From positions 1-10,586 of the forward strand of contig NW_021827322.1 in NCBI RefSeq assembly GCF_006345805.1: 10,586 bases of DNA, written 5' to 3'. Under the pieces are notes generated by a model. That model did not search any database. It was not told the DNA's origin and saw nothing but the letters and a program-made list of their open reading frames with translations. Origin of the DNA: Octopus sinensis. Lineage: Eukaryota. Every line of letters starts with the position of its first letter. Positions within the stretch are counted from its first letter, which is position 1. Positions 8,134-10,586 of this stretch are shown in pieces. Made by a program: the position numbers and the translations under genes.

Positions 8134-8505
8134 GCTGTGTGGTAAGTAGCTTGCTTACGAACCAATTGGTTCCGGGTTCAGTCGCACTGCGTGGCACCTT
8201 GGGCAAGTGTCTTCTACTATAGCCCTCGAACCGACCAAAGCTTTGTGAGTGGATTTGGTAGACGGAAACTGAAAGTAGCCCGTCGTATATACGTATGCGT
8301 GTGTATATGTTTGTGTGTCTGTGTTTGTCCCCCTAACATTGCTTGACAATCGATGCTGGTGTGTTTACGTCCCCGTAACTTAGCCGATAGAATAAGTACT
8401 AGGCTTACAAAGAATAAGTCCTGGGGTCGATTTGCTCGAATAAAGGCGGTGCTCCAGCATGGCCGCAATCAAATAACTGAAACAAGTAAAAGAGTAAAAG
8501 AGTAA
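8134..8505 (+). mobile_element. Near full-length SINE family B (tRNA head, CORE-like, microsatellite linker, 3' module)
   Basis: GCTGTGTGGTAAGTAGCTTGC...GGGTTCAGTCGC...GGCACCTTGGGCAAGTGTCTTCT...; ends in AAGTAAAAGAGTAAAAGAGTAA repeats. CCTTGGGCAAGT resembles the CORE-SINE domain. Octopus SINEs OK/OR1/OR2 are known, but I cannot assign the exact name. Confidence 0.93.
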
Positions 8506-8619
8506 TCCACTGAATTAAGGAGGAGACGCTCTGAGGGTGAACGTGTCTGTTCGCGACTACACGGGCAGCTGAAATACTTAGCGAAAGAACGGTACATGCT
8601 ACAGAGTGAGACTCGACTT

Positions 8620-8883
8620 CGAGTGACGGCCGTAGTTTTAATTTAAGCAAGTTCATTTGATCGAATAACCCAATAATCATCGTCGAAATTGGCGGGGATC
8701 CGTTTATCTAATTATTTTTTTGTTTTTTCTGAGATACATCTTAGACGCAAAATGTAAAAAAAAAAAAAAAGAAAGAAAAAAAAAACTTGATGGGATTGTT
8801 GCGAGGGTGCACACCTTCCATTACAAGTTTGTCCCACGAGGGCTGACCTGGGGGGTAGGGGTCATGGCTGGAAGGAGTAAATA
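8620..8883 (+). repeat. Direct repeat X, copy 1 (264 bp)
   Basis: Matches 9012-9283 with 3 substitutions and 1 indel outside the T- and A-tracts. Confidence 0.97.
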
Positions 8884-8884
8884 T

Positions 8885-9013
8885 CAAGGCCAGACATTTT
8901 GGAGACGTGGATAAGTCGATTACATCGACTCCAATGCTTAACTGGTACTTATTTTATGGACCCCGAAAGGATAAACGGCAAAGTCCACCCGGGCGGAATT
9001 TGAGCGCAGAACG
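8885..9013 (-). mobile_element. SINE family A fragment, local duplicate of 10305-10433
   Basis: 121/129 identical to 10305-10433 and shares its private variants (CAGACATTTTGGAGACGTGGATAAG, GAGCGCAGAAC). Confidence 0.93.
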
Positions 9014-9283
9014 AGTGACGGCCGTAGTTTTAATTTAAGCAAGTTCAATTGATCGAATAACCCAATAATCATCGTCGAAATTGGCGGGGATCCGTTTATC
9101 TAATTATTTTATTTTGTTTCTTCTTAGATACATCTTAGACGCAAAATGTAAAAAAAAAAAAAAAAAAGAAAGAAAAAGGAAAAAAACTAGATGGGATTGT
9201 TGCGAGGGGCACACCTTCCATTACAAGTTTGTCCCACGAGGGCTGACCTGGGGGGTAGGGGTCATGGCTGGAAGGAGTAAATA
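9012..9283 (+). repeat. Direct repeat X, copy 2 (272 bp)
   Basis: See copy 1. Confidence 0.97.
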
Positions 9284-9460
9284 ACAAATACAATAACACC
9301 CCCCAAAAAAACAACAACAGCTATAAGTGATGTATGTATCCTACAAAATCTCCTAAAACGGCAACAACAAACAACAACACACAACAACAACAAGGGCAAC
9401 AACAACGGTGACGGTGACGGCGACAACAACAACAGCAACAATAAATAAAGAAACAAACAA
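9284..9460. repeat. (CAA)n-rich low-complexity tract
   Basis: Read directly from the sequence. Confidence 0.85.
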
Positions 9461-10139
9461 ATCTATTCGAACGGAAAATTACAATTTCCTAAATGTTATT
9501 AAATCTAAAAGTAATTCCTTTTATCGTACGAAGCCATAAGCATGAAATAACATTGATTCGTAAACATTGGCAGATGGCCACAGATTACCAGGACGGTGGG
9601 TGAGGCTGAGGTGTGAGTGTGTGCCGAGGAGGAGTGAGAGGGTGATCTTCGATCGAATCGACCCTTCACTACATGCCTGTTACTCGTTATTTTTTTTTTA
9701 TCAATCAACCCCTTTAACCCATCCTTGTTTTCCATCCATCCCACACCCCGTGGGGGTGGGGAATGATCGACAAAACCGATGTCGGTAAGGTTTTTTTGAT
9801 TTCACAAATTTATTAGTATCGCTCCGTGATGTACAGGCTAGTAGGTCCATTATTGGACATCTTCATGAAGCGTATCAGTTTTTTGTTTTTGTTTTTGTTT
9901 TTTGTTTTTTTAATGAGAAGGGGCTACAAGCCCTAGTTTCATGATATTGAAAACAATGAACCCGTATCCGTAGAAGAATTAAAAGCATAAAATACTTGAA
10001 GTAGATTGGGATTAAAATCTTGTAATTAGGTTACCCATGGCTTTTGGGGTCAGCCAAAGCAAAAAAAAAACACAACAAAAACCCCACAGAGGACAGTACA
10101 ACGAAAACCCCCCTCTCTCACACATACACAAGCATTAAT

Positions 10140-10270
10140 TATATTATTTACATTATTTACATTCGACGGATATTTGTCCTCATCTCGTTTGTTGTTAACA
10201 CGTTTCGGCTGATATACCCTCCAGCCTTCATCAGGAGTCTTGGGGGAAATTTCGAACCTAGGTCCTCATT
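10140..10270 (-). mobile_element. Probable Penelope-like (pLTR-type) repeat fragment carrying a hammerhead-like motif
   Basis: Contains CTGATGA-stem-GAAAC on minus. Penelope-like elements are known to carry minimal type I hammerheads in their pLTRs. The element identity and boundaries are inferred. Confidence 0.55.
10195..10240 (-). ncRNA. Hammerhead ribozyme-like core (minimal type I, probably degenerate)
   Basis: Minus strand: CUGAUGA (10234-10228), A, GGCUG (10226-10222), 10-nt loop, CAGCC (10211-10207), GAAAC (10206-10202), then GU giving the palindrome ACGU. Helix II is perfect. Helix I and the cleavage triplet cannot be built canonically in this copy. Confidence 0.65.
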
Positions 10271-10287
10271 TCAAAGCATTTTATACT

Positions 10288-10460
10288 GGTTTCAAATTTT
10301 GGCACAAGGCCAGACATTTTGGAGACGTGGATAAGTTGGTTACGTCGACCTCAATGCTTAACTGGTACTTATTTTATTGACCCCGAAAGGATAAACGACA
10401 AAGTCCACTCGGGCGGAATTTGAGCGCAGAACGTGAAGACCTAATACCGCTAAGTTTTTA
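10288..10460 (-). mobile_element. 5'-truncated SINE family A (tail type 3)
   Basis: GGTTTCAAATTTTGGCACAAGGCCAG tail, core ACTGGTACTTATTTTATTGACCCCGAAAGGAT, and AATACCGCTAAG head remnant. Confidence 0.9.
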
Positions 10461-10501
10461 CTATAAAGCTGCTTTTATTGCATAATCCGCCATATGTCCA
10501 C

Positions 10502-10586
10502 GGGCATATGGCGTAGTGGTTAAGATCGCGGGCTACTAACCCCAAGATTTCGAGTTCGATTCCAGGAAATGACCTGAATAATAATA
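10502..10586 (+). mobile_element. tRNA-Arg-like SINE head (third family) running into (AAT)n at the window edge
   Basis: A-box TGGCGTAGTGG (10509-10519) and B-box GTTCGATTCC (10554-10563). Resembles eukaryotic tRNA-Arg(ACG) (GGGC..TGGCG.A.TGG.TAA, CTAC, AAGATT, GTTCGA.TCC). The acceptor and T stems are broken and it ends in AATAATAATA, so it is not a functional tRNA. Confidence 0.8.

Noticed and set aside
8790-8880. Possible HDV-like ribozyme (CCCUCGUGG on minus)
   Set aside because: I could not build the P1/P2/P3 nested pseudoknot; only a short L3-like word matches.
5164-10334. Remaining short ORFs of 60-97 aa
   Set aside because: They lie in SINEs, microsatellites, poly-A tracts or the local duplication, or have no recognisable homology or coding-like composition.
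10502-10575. Functional tRNA gene; TACTAAC branch-point motif
   Set aside because: The acceptor and T stems do not pair and it runs into (AAT)n. TACTAAC is simply the mutated anticodon-loop region.

Overview
AT-rich, microsatellite-dense, non-coding eukaryotic DNA (intronic or intergenic) that is mostly repeats. The SINE sequences match my recollection of Octopus repeats, so an octopus genome is likely (inference, not a database result). No protein-coding gene is supportable: the ORF-track entries are translations of trinucleotide/dinucleotide repeats, SINE bodies or unrecognisable short frames. Contents: (1) about ten copies or fragments of a tRNA-derived SINE family A with a shared head and core but three different 3' tails, one with a perfect 17-bp TSD; (2) several copies of a longer CORE-like tRNA SINE family B, one apparently nested in another; (3) a 393-bp non-autonomous Helitron with both termini and an A|T target; (4) a local tandem duplication (8620-10433) whose first copy has lost about 1 kb; (5) a hammerhead-ribozyme-like core on the minus strand at about 10195-10240, close to a tRNA-Arg-like SINE head that is preceded by a 12-bp palindrome. 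Item 5 is the best novelty candidate: a possible Penelope-tailed, ribozyme-bearing SINE.
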